Positions 20,931 to 29,756 of a stretch of DNA of 64,000 nucleotides are shown in pieces (position 1 is the first letter of the stretch; each line of letters opens with the position of its first letter). The translations under genes and the position numbers were made by a program. The notes beneath the pieces were generated by a model. That model worked only from the letters and a program-made list of their open reading frames with translations, was not told the DNA's origin and searched no databases. Source of the DNA: SAR86 cluster bacterium SAR86A (GTDB lineage Bacteria > Pseudomonadota > Gammaproteobacteria > Magnimaribacterales > D2472); NCBI GenBank assembly GCA_000252525.1, contig JH611156.1:23863-87862 (forward strand), read 5' to 3'.

Positions 20931-22280
20931 ATGCAAAAGACATTAAAAAAACACGGCACATGGATTGGTAAATGGACATTTGTACTTGCTGCCACTGGTT
21001 CAGCTGTTGGTCTTGGAAATATTTGGGGATTTCCATATAAAGCTGGAACTGAAGGTGGAGCTGCTTTTGTTCTAATTTATTTATTATGTATTGTTGCAAT
21101 AGGCGTACCTATCATGATTAGTGAGATTTTAATTGGACGCCGCTCTGGAAACAGCCCTATAAATGCTATGAAAAAATCTGCAATAGATTCAGGAGCATCG
21201 TCTTTATGGCAATTAGTAGGATGGACAGGAATTATAGCTGGAGTTTTAATTCTTTCTTTTTATAGCGTCATTGCAGGAATCTGCCTTAATTACATCTTTA
21301 TAGCAGCATCACCAAATGAATTAATAACTTCTTCTGAGCAATTTGGTCAGGTAATTTCTTCACCAACAAATCTTTTAATTTGGCACACCGTTTTTATGTT
21401 TCTTACATTGCTAATTGTCTCTGCAGGTGTGGAAGACGGCATAGGTAGGATGGTTAAAATTTTAATGCCTCTTTTAGGCTTTTTATTACTATTTATGGTT
21501 ATCTATGGTGCAATTAATGGAGCTTTTCTAGAAGCACTATCTTTTTTGTTTGCGCCAGATTTTTCAAATGTTGGAACCGACACATTTTTGTCAGCAATGG
21601 GTCAAGCTTTTTTTAGTATGAGTTTAGGAATGGGCTCTATTATGGCTTACGGTGCATATATGCCAAAGGAACAAGAAATTGTTTCAACTTCTTTTAGTGT
21701 TGGTTCTTTGGATACCTTAGTAGCAATCCTTGCAGGTCTCGCAATATTTCCAATTATTTTTGCTTTTAATCTTGAGCCTGGTAGTGGACCAGGCTTAGTA
21801 TTCGTTTCTCTATTATCTGCTTTTAATCAGATGGAATTTGGTCAGCTAATTGGACCAATATTTTTTATTTTACTATCAATAGCAGCCTTAAGCTCCTCAA
21901 TTTCGATCCTAGAGCCAGGTGTGGCATATCTCGCAGAAGAGGAATTTTTAACTAGGAAACAATCTGCAATTGTGATTTCAATTTTATGTTGGGTAATTGG
22001 TATTGGTACTGCTACCGGCTTTAATATTTTCTCTGTTGTCGACTCATCAGGAGAATCTATTAATCCTTTTTTGAATACAATGGAATTGATATCTGTTCAA
22101 ATTCTTCAACCTTTAGGAGGAATGCTCATAGCAATTTTCATTGGTTGGTTTATGAATGAGTCTTTGATAAAGAACGAAATACCTCAGATTAACCCTTTCT
22201 TGTACAGCTTATGGAGATTTTTTATTAAATATGTTGCACCTTTGAGTGTTGCCTTTATTTTCATATCTCAAATCATCTGA
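20931..22280 (+). CDS. Sodium-dependent transporter, neurotransmitter:sodium symporter (SNF/NSS) family
   Basis: 449 aa with about 12 TM segments. The signature GSAVGLGNIWGFPY is present. Confidence 0.9.
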   Translation: MQKTLKKHGTWIGKWTFVLAATGSAVGLGNIWGFPYKAGTEGGAAFVLIYLLCIVAIGVPIMISEILIGRRSGNSPINAMKKSAIDSGASSLWQLVGWTGIIAGVLILSFYSVIAGICLNYIFIAASPNELITSSEQFGQVISSPTNLLIWHTVFMFLTLLIVSAGVEDGIGRMVKILMPLLGFLLLFMVIYGAINGAFLEALSFLFAPDFSNVGTDTFLSAMGQAFFSMSLGMGSIMAYGAYMPKEQEIVSTSFSVGSLDTLVAILAGLAIFPIIFAFNLEPGSGPGLVFVSLLSAFNQMEFGQLIGPIFFILLSIAALSSSISILEPGVAYLAEEEFLTRKQSAIVISILCWVIGIGTATGFNIFSVVDSSGESINPFLNTMELISVQILQPLGGMLIAIFIGWFMNESLIKNEIPQINPFLYSLWRFFIKYVAPLSVAFIFISQII

Positions 22281-22281
22281 A

Positions 22282-22704
22282 GTGTTAAGAAAACTTAAGG
22301 TTTCAAAATTAATTCCACACAACAAAGAGAAAGTTTATAAAGAGATCGCTGATTTCGAAAATTACGTCAATTTTATTCCTGGATGCTCAAAAGCTAAATT
22401 GATAGAAAAAGGTGACGGATTTGAAATTGGGGTACTTGAGTTTGATTTTTTATTAAGAAAATATGAAATTAAATCTAAGAATATTCTTTCAAATTATCAA
22501 ATCGACATTGAGCAAATTGAAGGACCTTTTGAGACTTTTAATGGTTGCTGGAAAGTGAATGCAAAAGCAGATGATGTCACTGAGGCAACATTAAGTGCAG
22601 AATTTGAACTTCCGTTCTTACTTGATAATCTTTTGCCAGAAAACCTAATAAACTCATTTGGTGAAGCCGCAATTCAGGGATTCCTTAAAAATATTAAAGA
22701 TTAA
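22282..22704 (+). CDS. ratA: SRPBCC/RatA (Coq10-like) family protein
   Basis: The N-terminus aligns with E. coli RatA (..VYKEIADFENYVNFIPGC..). I prefer GTG 22282, just after the transporter stop. The track ATG 22246 would overlap the transporter by 35 nt. Confidence 0.8.
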   Translation: MLRKLKVSKLIPHNKEKVYKEIADFENYVNFIPGCSKAKLIEKGDGFEIGVLEFDFLLRKYEIKSKNILSNYQIDIEQIEGPFETFNGCWKVNAKADDVTEATLSAEFELPFLLDNLLPENLINSFGEAAIQGFLKNIKD

Positions 22705-23048
22705 TTTAAATCTATCTCTTCTATTGTCCAGCTATCAACAAGACCTTCATCACTGAAAAATATAGAGAGCTTATTTTCATTAATTTTTTCATCACCTACT
22801 TGGATCGAATAATAATAGTCCCATCTGTTTGAATGAAAAGGATCCTGAATAAGTGCGGTACCAAAAATAAATTTTACTTGGTCTCTAGACAATCCTTCAG
22901 ATAATTTTTCTATATCCTCCTCTTCGAAAATATTACCTTGAAGAATTGGAACCTTGTAGGGACTGAGCGCAGAGCATGAGTTAATTAAGAAAGTTGCAAT
23001 AAATATATAAAAAATATTACTAAATTTATTTTTCATAACTTGTTTCAT
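22701..23048 (-). CDS. bamE: Outer membrane protein assembly factor BamE (SmpA/OmlA lipoprotein)
   Basis: 115 aa with a lipoprotein signal ending LINSC. The motifs VPILQGNIF..E....L..GLSRDQV and DPFHSNRWDYYY are present. Confidence 0.9.
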   Translation of the reverse strand: MKQVMKNKFSNIFYIFIATFLINSCSALSPYKVPILQGNIFEEEDIEKLSEGLSRDQVKFIFGTALIQDPFHSNRWDYYYSIQVGDEKINENKLSIFFSDEGLVDSWTIEEIDLN

Positions 23049-23134
23049 ATGCGAATTTTATTATACTTTCTAATAATTTTAATGTCGCATCCAAATTTAA
23101 AAAAAATAGTCTACTAGACTGATATAATAATTAC

Positions 23135-23545
23135 ATGAATGACCAAAACAAAGAACTTAAAAAAGCTGGCCTAAAAGCAACACTTCCCAGAATAAAAATT
23201 ATGGAAGTATTGGCATCTACAGCCATACAAGAAGAAGCACACTTTAGTGCAGAGGACATATATAAAGAACTTCTTAATAATGGAGAAAACATTGGTTTAG
23301 CTTCGGTTTACAGGGTCTTAACTCAATTTGAGTCCGCTGGCATGGTTAAAAAGCATCATTTTGAGGGTAGTCATGCTGTATATGAGGTAGTTGAGGAAAA
23401 TCATGAACATATGGTTGATGTTGAAACTGGTAAGGTTCTTGAATTTCAAGATGCAGAGCTCATAGAAAGATTAAATAACATCGCAAAGGACGCTGGATAT
23501 CAACTAGTTGACCACAATCTAGTTTTGCACGTAAAAAAACTATAA
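23135..23545 (+). CDS. fur: Ferric uptake regulator
   Basis: 136 aa. LKKAGLKATLPRIKIMEVL, GLASVYRVLTQFESAGMV and HEHMVDVETGKVLEF closely resemble Pseudomonas-type Fur. Confidence 0.95.
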   Translation: MNDQNKELKKAGLKATLPRIKIMEVLASTAIQEEAHFSAEDIYKELLNNGENIGLASVYRVLTQFESAGMVKKHHFEGSHAVYEVVEENHEHMVDVETGKVLEFQDAELIERLNNIAKDAGYQLVDHNLVLHVKKL

Positions 23546-23566
23546 AAAACAAAAATCCTCAATACT

Positions 23567-23594
23567 CTTGAACTGAATTTTTAAATCCCAATAT
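23567..23594 (+). promoter_or_regulatory. Sigma-32 (heat-shock) type promoter of grpE-dnaK-dnaJ
   Basis: CTTGAA (23567-23572), a 14-nt spacer, then CCCAATAT (23587-23594). The consensus is CTTGAA-N13-15-CCCCATNT. It ends 21 nt upstream of the grpE ATG. Confidence 0.6.
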
Positions 23595-23617
23595 ATAAGA
23601 TCGTGGGATTTAAAAAT
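23577..23617 (+). promoter_or_regulatory. Perfect 14-bp inverted repeat spanning the promoter -10, SD and AUG of grpE
   Basis: ATTTTTAAATCCCA (23577-23590) and TGGGATTTAAAAAT (23604-23617) are exact reverse complements, separated by a 13-nt spacer. Confidence 0.7.
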
Positions 23618-24182
23618 GACAAAAAAAGTTAAAAAAACCAAGAAAAATGGCATTGCAGATGAAAATTCTGTAGATGAAAAAGTTGAAGTTGTTGCCGAAG
23701 AAAGTGAAAGCATGGATGGAGAGAATTTAGGCACACCATCCTATGAAGAGCTACTAGATAAAAAAGAGGACCTCGAACAAGCATTAATCAGGGCAAATGC
23801 AGATCTTGATAATGCCATTAAAAGGACTATATCTGAAGTTGAAAAAGCTCATAAATATGGAGTTGAAAAACTTTTAAATGAACTTTTGCCTGTAATTGAT
23901 AATCTTGAGCATGCTTTATCAAATCTTTCAGATAATGCATCGGATGAAGATAAAGAGGGTATTGAGCTTACCTTAAAATCTTTTGAATCTACTCTTGATA
24001 AATTTGGAATGATACCTATCTATCCTGTTAATGAGGAGTTTAATCCAGAGAAGCATGAAGCAGTTTCAATGGAAAAAGATAAAAATAAGAAAGATGGAGA
24101 AATTGGAAATATTTTTCAACGAGGATGGGAGCTTCACTCAAGGGTGATAAGGCCAGCTAGGGTAACAGTTATAAAGAATTAG
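23616..24182 (+). CDS. grpE: Nucleotide exchange factor GrpE
   Basis: 188 aa with an acidic N-terminus, a coiled coil and the C-terminal motif RVIRPARV. Confidence 0.95.
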   Translation: MTKKVKKTKKNGIADENSVDEKVEVVAEESESMDGENLGTPSYEELLDKKEDLEQALIRANADLDNAIKRTISEVEKAHKYGVEKLLNELLPVIDNLEHALSNLSDNASDEDKEGIELTLKSFESTLDKFGMIPIYPVNEEFNPEKHEAVSMEKDKNKKDGEIGNIFQRGWELHSRVIRPARVTVIKN

Positions 24183-24191
24183 AGGAAAATT

Positions 24192-26108
24192 ATGTCAAAA
24201 ATTATAGGAATTGATTTAGGAACTACAAACAGTTGTGTTGCTGTTGTTGAAGGACAACAACATAAAGTTATTGAGAATGCTGAAGGTGGAAGAACTACTC
24301 CATCTGTCATTGCATATACAGAGAATGATGAAGTTTTAGTTGGTCTTCCAGCTAAAAGACAGGCTGTAACCAATCCTGAGAATACTCTGTATGCAATTAA
24401 AAGATTAATTGGCCGTACTTTTGATGATGAAGTCGTAAGTAAAGATGCTGACATGGTTCCGTATAAAATTATCAAAGCTGATAACGGAGACGCATGGGTA
24501 GAGGCATCAAATAAGAAGCTTGCACCACCTCAGGTAGCAGCAGAAGTTTTAAAGAAAATGAAAAAAACCGCAGAAGACTATCTAGGTCATGAGGTTAAAG
24601 AAGCTGTAATTACAGTGCCAGCATATTTTAATGATTCGCAACGACAAGCAACAAAGGATGCAGGAAAAATTGCAGGCTTAGATGTTAAAAGAATCATTAA
24701 TGAGCCTACTGCAGCAGCATTGGCATATGGCCTTGATAAAAATAAAGGTGATGCAACTGTTGCGGTTTATGATTTAGGAGGAGGCACCTTTGATATATCG
24801 ATTATAGAAATATCTGATGTCGATGGTGAACATCAATTTGAAGTTTTATCTACAAATGGTGACACATTTTTGGGCGGAGAAGATTTTGATTTAAGATTGA
24901 TTGATTACTTTGTAGATAAATTCAAAGAAGAATCAGGATTTGATTTAAAAAGTGATCCACTAGCTCTACAAAGGCTTAAAGAAGCAGCTGAAAAGGCAAA
25001 AATTGAACTTTCTTCTTCTGAACAAACAGAAGTAAATCTTCCATACATTACAGCTGATAGCTCGGGCCCAAAACATTTTGTACATAAGATAACAAGAGCA
25101 AAGCTTGAAGCTCTAGTTGAAGATCTTGTTGACAAAAGCTTAGAGCCATTAAAGCTTGCTCTCAAAGATGCAAAAATCTCAAAAGGCGACATCAATGAAA
25201 TATTGTTAGTTGGAGGCCAAACAAGAATGCCTCTTGTGCAAAAAAAGGTAGCTGAATTCTTTGGTAAAGAAGCCAGAAAAGACTTAAATCCTGACGAAGC
25301 AGTTGCTGTAGGTGCTGCTATTCAGGGATCAGTTTTATCAGGTGATACTACAGATGTTCTTCTTTTAGATGTAACACCTCTAACATTAGGTATTGAAACA
25401 CTTGGTGGTGTTGCAACTCCATTGATTGAAAAAAATACAACTATTCCAACCCAAAAATCTCAGGTATTTTCAACTGCAGAAGATAATCAAACAGCAGTAA
25501 CCGTTCATGTTATTCAGGGTGAAAGAACTCAAGCAGCTCAAAATAAATCTCTTGGCCAATTTAATTTAACTGATATACCACCTGCTGCAAGAGGTGTTCC
25601 TCAAATCGAAGTTTCTTTTGATCTAGATGCTAATGGAATATTAAATGTTTCTGCAAAGGATAAGAATACTGGCAAGGAACAATCTATTGTTATAAAGGCT
25701 TCAAGCGGACTGTCTGATGAGGATATTGAAAAAATGGTTAAAGATGCAGAAGCTAATGCTGAAGACGACAAGAAGTTTGAAGAATTAGTCAAAACTAAAA
25801 ATAATGCAGATATGCTTGTTCATGCGACAAGAAAAACAATTGAAGATTCAGGCGATGCTTTAAATGATGACGAAAAGGGACAAGTAGAAGATGCAATTAA
25901 ATCATTGGAGGAAGCAATAGCAGCTGAAAATGTAGATGAAATTGAGTCAGCTACAAAAAACCTTAATGATGTACTTACACCTCTTACCCAGAAGCTATAC
26001 AAACAAGAGAATCAAGGTGAGCAGGATGCAGCACAACCTGAAACATCAGATACTGATGAAAATACTGTTGATGCGGAATTTGAAGAAGTAAAAGAAGACG
26101 AAAAATAA
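24192..26108 (+). CDS. dnaK: Molecular chaperone DnaK (Hsp70)
   Basis: 638 aa containing [24 protein letters not shown] and [11 protein letters not shown]. Confidence 0.98.
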   Translation: MSKIIGIDLGTTNSCVAVVEGQQHKVIENAEGGRTTPSVIAYTENDEVLVGLPAKRQAVTNPENTLYAIKRLIGRTFDDEVVSKDADMVPYKIIKADNGDAWVEASNKKLAPPQVAAEVLKKMKKTAEDYLGHEVKEAVITVPAYFNDSQRQATKDAGKIAGLDVKRIINEPTAAALAYGLDKNKGDATVAVYDLGGGTFDISIIEISDVDGEHQFEVLSTNGDTFLGGEDFDLRLIDYFVDKFKEESGFDLKSDPLALQRLKEAAEKAKIELSSSEQTEVNLPYITADSSGPKHFVHKITRAKLEALVEDLVDKSLEPLKLALKDAKISKGDINEILLVGGQTRMPLVQKKVAEFFGKEARKDLNPDEAVAVGAAIQGSVLSGDTTDVLLLDVTPLTLGIETLGGVATPLIEKNTTIPTQKSQVFSTAEDNQTAVTVHVIQGERTQAAQNKSLGQFNLTDIPPAARGVPQIEVSFDLDANGILNVSAKDKNTGKEQSIVIKASSGLSDEDIEKMVKDAEANAEDDKKFEELVKTKNNADMLVHATRKTIEDSGDALNDDEKGQVEDAIKSLEEAIAAENVDEIESATKNLNDVLTPLTQKLYKQENQGEQDAAQPETSDTDENTVDAEFEEVKEDEK

Positions 26109-26117
26109 TCAGATATT

Positions 26118-27218
26118 ATGTCTAAAAGAGACTACTATGAAATCCTTGGAGTCTCTCGAGATTCATCAGCAGCTGAGTTAAAAAAAGCCTTTAAAAAAAA
26201 GGCTATGAAGTATCATCCAGATAGAAATCCAGATAATCCTGAAGCAGCAGCAAAGTTTAAAGAAGCTGCTGAAGCATATGACGTTCTATCTGACTCTCAA
26301 AAAAAATCTGCATATGACCAATTTGGTCACTCAGGAGTAGAGGGTATGGGAGGAGGACCAAACTTCAACGATATAAATATCAATGACATTTTCGGTGATA
26401 TCTTTGGAGATGTATTCGGAACAAGATCACAATCCAGAAGACAAAGAAGAGGGTCTGATCTTCAATATAATCTTGAGTTAAGTTTAAAAGAAGCTGTTCT
26501 GGGTGTGCAAAAAAAGATAAAAATTCCTTCACATTCTGAATGTGCTGAGTGTAATGGATCAGGCGCTGAAAAGGGAACAAGTCCAACTGTTTGTCCAAAT
26601 TGTAATGGTTCTGGCCAAGTTAGAATGCAACAGGGATTCTTTTCAGTACAACAGACATGTTCAACTTGTTCAGGTAATGGACAAATAATAAAAAATATTT
26701 GCAGAACATGCAGAGGACAAGGTGCTTTAAAAGACAATAAAACTTTATCTGTGAATATTCCGGCTGGTGTTGATAATGGTGACAAAGTAAGACTATCAGG
26801 GGAGGGAGAATGGATGAAAGGCGGGCAAAGGGGAGACCTTTATGTAGCCATAAGAGTAAGTGAAAGTCCTCTTTTTGAAAGAGATGGCAGACATTTATAT
26901 ATTGAAGCACCAATACCTTTTGATATTTCTGTAATTGGTGGATCAATCCAGATACCTACATTAGAAAATAGTATTTCGCTAAAAATTCCCTCTAATACTC
27001 AAACTGGAAAAGTTTTCAGAATTAAAGGTAAGGGAGCATCTATTGTAAGAGACAGAAGAAGAGGTGATATTTTGTGCAGGGTCGTAGTTGAAACTCCATC
27101 AAATTTATCAAAACAACAATTAGAAATGCTTAATAAATTTAAAGATTCACTTAATAATGATAAGAATTATCCAGGTAGTAGTACTTTTTCAAAAGCTATT
27201 TCAAAAATAAAAGAATAA
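26118..27218 (+). CDS. dnaJ: Molecular chaperone DnaJ
   Basis: 366 aa with a J domain (KYHPDRNP), a G/F region and four CxxCxGxG zinc-finger repeats. Confidence 0.97.
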   Translation: MSKRDYYEILGVSRDSSAAELKKAFKKKAMKYHPDRNPDNPEAAAKFKEAAEAYDVLSDSQKKSAYDQFGHSGVEGMGGGPNFNDININDIFGDIFGDVFGTRSQSRRQRRGSDLQYNLELSLKEAVLGVQKKIKIPSHSECAECNGSGAEKGTSPTVCPNCNGSGQVRMQQGFFSVQQTCSTCSGNGQIIKNICRTCRGQGALKDNKTLSVNIPAGVDNGDKVRLSGEGEWMKGGQRGDLYVAIRVSESPLFERDGRHLYIEAPIPFDISVIGGSIQIPTLENSISLKIPSNTQTGKVFRIKGKGASIVRDRRRGDILCRVVVETPSNLSKQQLEMLNKFKDSLNNDKNYPGSSTFSKAISKIKE

Positions 27219-27220
27219 TA

Positions 27221-27865
27221 ATGTTAAAAATCTTTATAAACGGCTTGTCTGGAAAGATGGGCCAGTCTGTCTCAAAAATTGCTAATGACAAAAATTATAT
27301 AATTTCTAATGCCATAGAATCATGCGATATAGTTATTGATTTTTCTCATCCAAATAATTTGTCAGAGATGCTAAAAAGTAGCATCAAATTCAAAAAACCT
27401 ATCATTATTGGAACAACAGGATTTTCAAAACAACAATTTAAAACTATTGAAAAGGCTGCTCAAGAAATACCAATTATGTATTCCTCAAATTTTTCAGATG
27501 GTGTATTGAATTTAAAAAAAACAATTGAAAGTTTTATAAATAATTCTTCAGAAATCTTTAGTTGCGAGATTGAAGAGACTCATCACACCGAAAAGATTGA
27601 CTTTCCCTCTGGTACGGCTATTGACTTAAGAAACTTTATAATGTCTGTTGATAAAGAAAATATTGTTAAATCCATAAAAATAACTTCTTTTAGAAAAGAG
27701 AATGTATATGGTGACCATAAAGTATCATTTTATAATAAAGAAAATTTTAGAAATTTTAAGCATGAAGCTCTTTCAAGGGATATTTTTGCAAAAGGAGCTT
27801 TGAAAAGAGCAGAATCAGTTTTTCATGCTAAACCTGGTTTATATGACTTATCAAGCTTCAAATAA
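27221..27865 (+). CDS. dapB: 4-hydroxy-tetrahydrodipicolinate reductase (short form)
   Basis: 214 aa containing GLSGKMGQ (NAD(P) loop), IIGTTGF and EETHHTEKIDFPSGTA. Its position downstream of dnaJ matches Pseudomonas. Confidence 0.85.
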   Translation: MLKIFINGLSGKMGQSVSKIANDKNYIISNAIESCDIVIDFSHPNNLSEMLKSSIKFKKPIIIGTTGFSKQQFKTIEKAAQEIPIMYSSNFSDGVLNLKKTIESFINNSSEIFSCEIEETHHTEKIDFPSGTAIDLRNFIMSVDKENIVKSIKITSFRKENVYGDHKVSFYNKENFRNFKHEALSRDIFAKGALKRAESVFHAKPGLYDLSSFK

Positions 27866-27923
27866 AATAAAATCTTTAATATTTAGCCATTTTTCTATAG
27901 AATACACAGACTTTTAACACGAA

Positions 27924-28002
27924 GATTCTGTTTTTGTAAGGTTGGGGTGCTTAATTAAGTCAGCCTTATTATGAATCGGAGAATAACCCCAGGAGTATAA
28001 AA
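27924..28002 (+). promoter_or_regulatory. Structured 5' leader of rpsB-tsf (candidate S2 autoregulatory element)
   Basis: This is the largest intergenic gap in the window (137 nt). Three sets of complementary segments are present. GATTC 27924-27928 pairs with GAATC 27973-27977. AAGGTTG 27938-27944 pairs with CAGCCTT 27961-27967. TTGGGGT 27942-27948 pairs with ACCCCAG 27986-27992, and this last segment abuts and overlaps the AGGAG SD (27991-27995). Confidence 0.4.
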
Positions 28003-28893
28003 TTGAGTATAGTTTCAATAAAAGACCTGCTTCAAGCAGGCGTTCATTTTGGCCATCAACAAAGGTTCTGGAATCCAAAAATGGAGCAGTTCATTTTTGA
28101 TACCAGGAAACAAATCAGCATCATAAATCTTGATCTTACTCAGGAGCATTTGAGTGCTGCAGCTTCAAAAGTTGAGGATATATGTTCTAAAGGCAATAAA
28201 ATCTTGTTTGTAGGTACAAAAAGATCTGCAAGCAAAACCATAAAAGAAGAGGCCTCATCTATTGGATTACCATATGTTGATAAAAGATGGTTAGGAGGAA
28301 CTCTCACAAACTGGAAAACAATCAGAGGCTCTATAAGAAGACTATTGGATATTGAGGAAATGATTTCTTCAGGAAGAATTGAAAAGCTTATAAAAAAAGA
28401 GGCTGTTGAAATTCAAAAAGAATATACAAAACTTCAAGCAAGCGTTGGTGGTATTAAAGATATGAAAGGCCTTCCTGATGCTATTTTTGTGATTGATGTC
28501 AAATATGAAAAGATTGCAGTTTTAGAGGCGCAAAAAATGGGCATTCCAATTATTGCATTGGTAGATACAAATTCAGATCCAGATGGAATAGACGTTATTA
28601 TTCCTGGAAATGATGATGCAATTAGATCTATAAGACTAATAACAAAAGTTATTGCTGACGCATGCTCAAGGGGTATTGAATCCTCAAAAGGTTTTGCTCC
28701 AAAATCAGATTCACCAGTGATTCAAACTGTAAAAAAAGAAAAAGAATCAGAGGAAGATAGTAAAGAAGAAGTAACTACTAATAGTGCCGAACAGGAAAAT
28801 CCTGATGTATTAATTGATGAAAGCGCTGAAGAGGATGAGGTTGTGGCAGAGGCTGAAGATCAAAACAGTGAAGAGGAAAATAAGGAAGATTGA
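28003..28893 (+). CDS. rpsB: 30S ribosomal protein S2 (with acidic C-terminal extension)
   Basis: TTG start 7 nt after AGGAG. The N-terminus [26 protein letters not shown] aligns with E. coli [26 protein letters not shown]. Confidence 0.95.
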   Translation: MSIVSIKDLLQAGVHFGHQQRFWNPKMEQFIFDTRKQISIINLDLTQEHLSAAASKVEDICSKGNKILFVGTKRSASKTIKEEASSIGLPYVDKRWLGGTLTNWKTIRGSIRRLLDIEEMISSGRIEKLIKKEAVEIQKEYTKLQASVGGIKDMKGLPDAIFVIDVKYEKIAVLEAQKMGIPIIALVDTNSDPDGIDVIIPGNDDAIRSIRLITKVIADACSRGIESSKGFAPKSDSPVIQTVKKEKESEEDSKEEVTTNSAEQENPDVLIDESAEEDEVVAEAEDQNSEEENKED

Positions 28894-28895
28894 GT

Positions 28896-29753
28896 ATGGA
28901 AATTAAAGCTTCGCAAGTAAAGGAATTGAGAGATATGACAGGTGTTGCAATGATGGATTGTAAAAAAGCGCTTGTTGAATGTGATGGCGATATTGAAAAA
29001 GCTCTTGATCTGCTGAGATCGAACAGCGCTTTGAAAGCTGAAAAAAAATCTTCAAGGGTTGCAGCAGATGGAATATTATCGACTGTAATCGCTGAAAACT
29101 ATGCAACGATTATAGAAATTAACTCAGAAACAGACTTTGCCGCAAAGGATACAAATTTTTTGTCATTTGTTGATAAGGTCAGTGCTTATATCTCAAAAAA
29201 TAAGGTTACTAATGTTGATTCTTTAAAAGATTCTGAATTGGAGGACGCTAGAAAGTCACTTGTTCAAACTATTGGAGAAAATATTCAAATAAGAAGGGTC
29301 ATTACAAGCGATTTTGATAATGAAATGAATGTTGGTCTTTATCTTCATTCTGACTCAAAACTAGCTTCAGCGGTAGTTATTAATGGCGGTAATAATGATG
29401 TTGCAAAAGATATAGCAATGCATGTTGCAGCATTTAATCCACTTTGTTTGTCAAAAGATGACCTTGATCAAGAAATTTTAAACCGTGAAAGAGCTATATA
29501 TGAAAATCAAGCTAAAGATTCAGGAAAGCCAAAAGAAATTATGGATAAAATGGTTGACGGAAAAGTAAATCGATTTCTTTCTGAAGTTTCACTTTTATCT
29601 CAATCGTTTGTAAAAGATCCAGACATGACTGTTGAAGAATATTTATCAAATGAAAATGCATCAGTAATTTCATTCACTAGACTAAAAGTTGGTGAAGATA
29701 TAGTTATTGAATCTAAAGATTTTGCTGAAGAGGTAGCTGAACAATTAAAGTAA
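28896..29753 (+). CDS. tsf: Translation elongation factor Ts
   Basis: Starting at ATG 28896 gives [26 protein letters not shown], compared with E. coli [27 protein letters not shown]. Confidence 0.96.
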   Translation: [285 protein letters not shown]

Positions 29754-29756
29754 AAA

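Noticed and set aside
23399-23440. Fur lacks the CxxC pair (HEHMVDVETGKV instead of E. coli HDHLICLDCGKV) and has no cysteines.
   Set aside because: Pseudomonas-type Fur proteins also lack the Cys4 structural zinc site and are functional. This is a known family variant, not an anomaly.
26380-26946. Three overlapping minus-strand ORFs (72, 107 and 108 aa) antisense to the dnaJ zinc-finger region.
   Set aside because: The region is locally richer in Cys/Gly codons (TGT/GGT), which removes antisense stops. The translations are featureless and the sense-strand DnaJ is unambiguous.
27221-27865. Unusually short DapB (214 aa), and similarly short CdsA (215 aa), TilS (324 aa) and SSB (145 aa).
   Set aside because: The catalytic motifs are intact. 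Short natural forms of DapB and of TilS without the distal C-terminal domain are known in other bacteria. This is consistent with general genome streamlining rather than a specific novelty. ValRS is reported separately because the missing part is functionally important.
27950-27959. 10-bp palindrome CTTAATTAAG in the rpsB leader, and the 8-bp TAGTACTA (57788-57795) in the RDD/POT spacer.
   Set aside because: Short AT-rich palindromes of this size are expected by chance in these spacers, and neither can form a stable hairpin.
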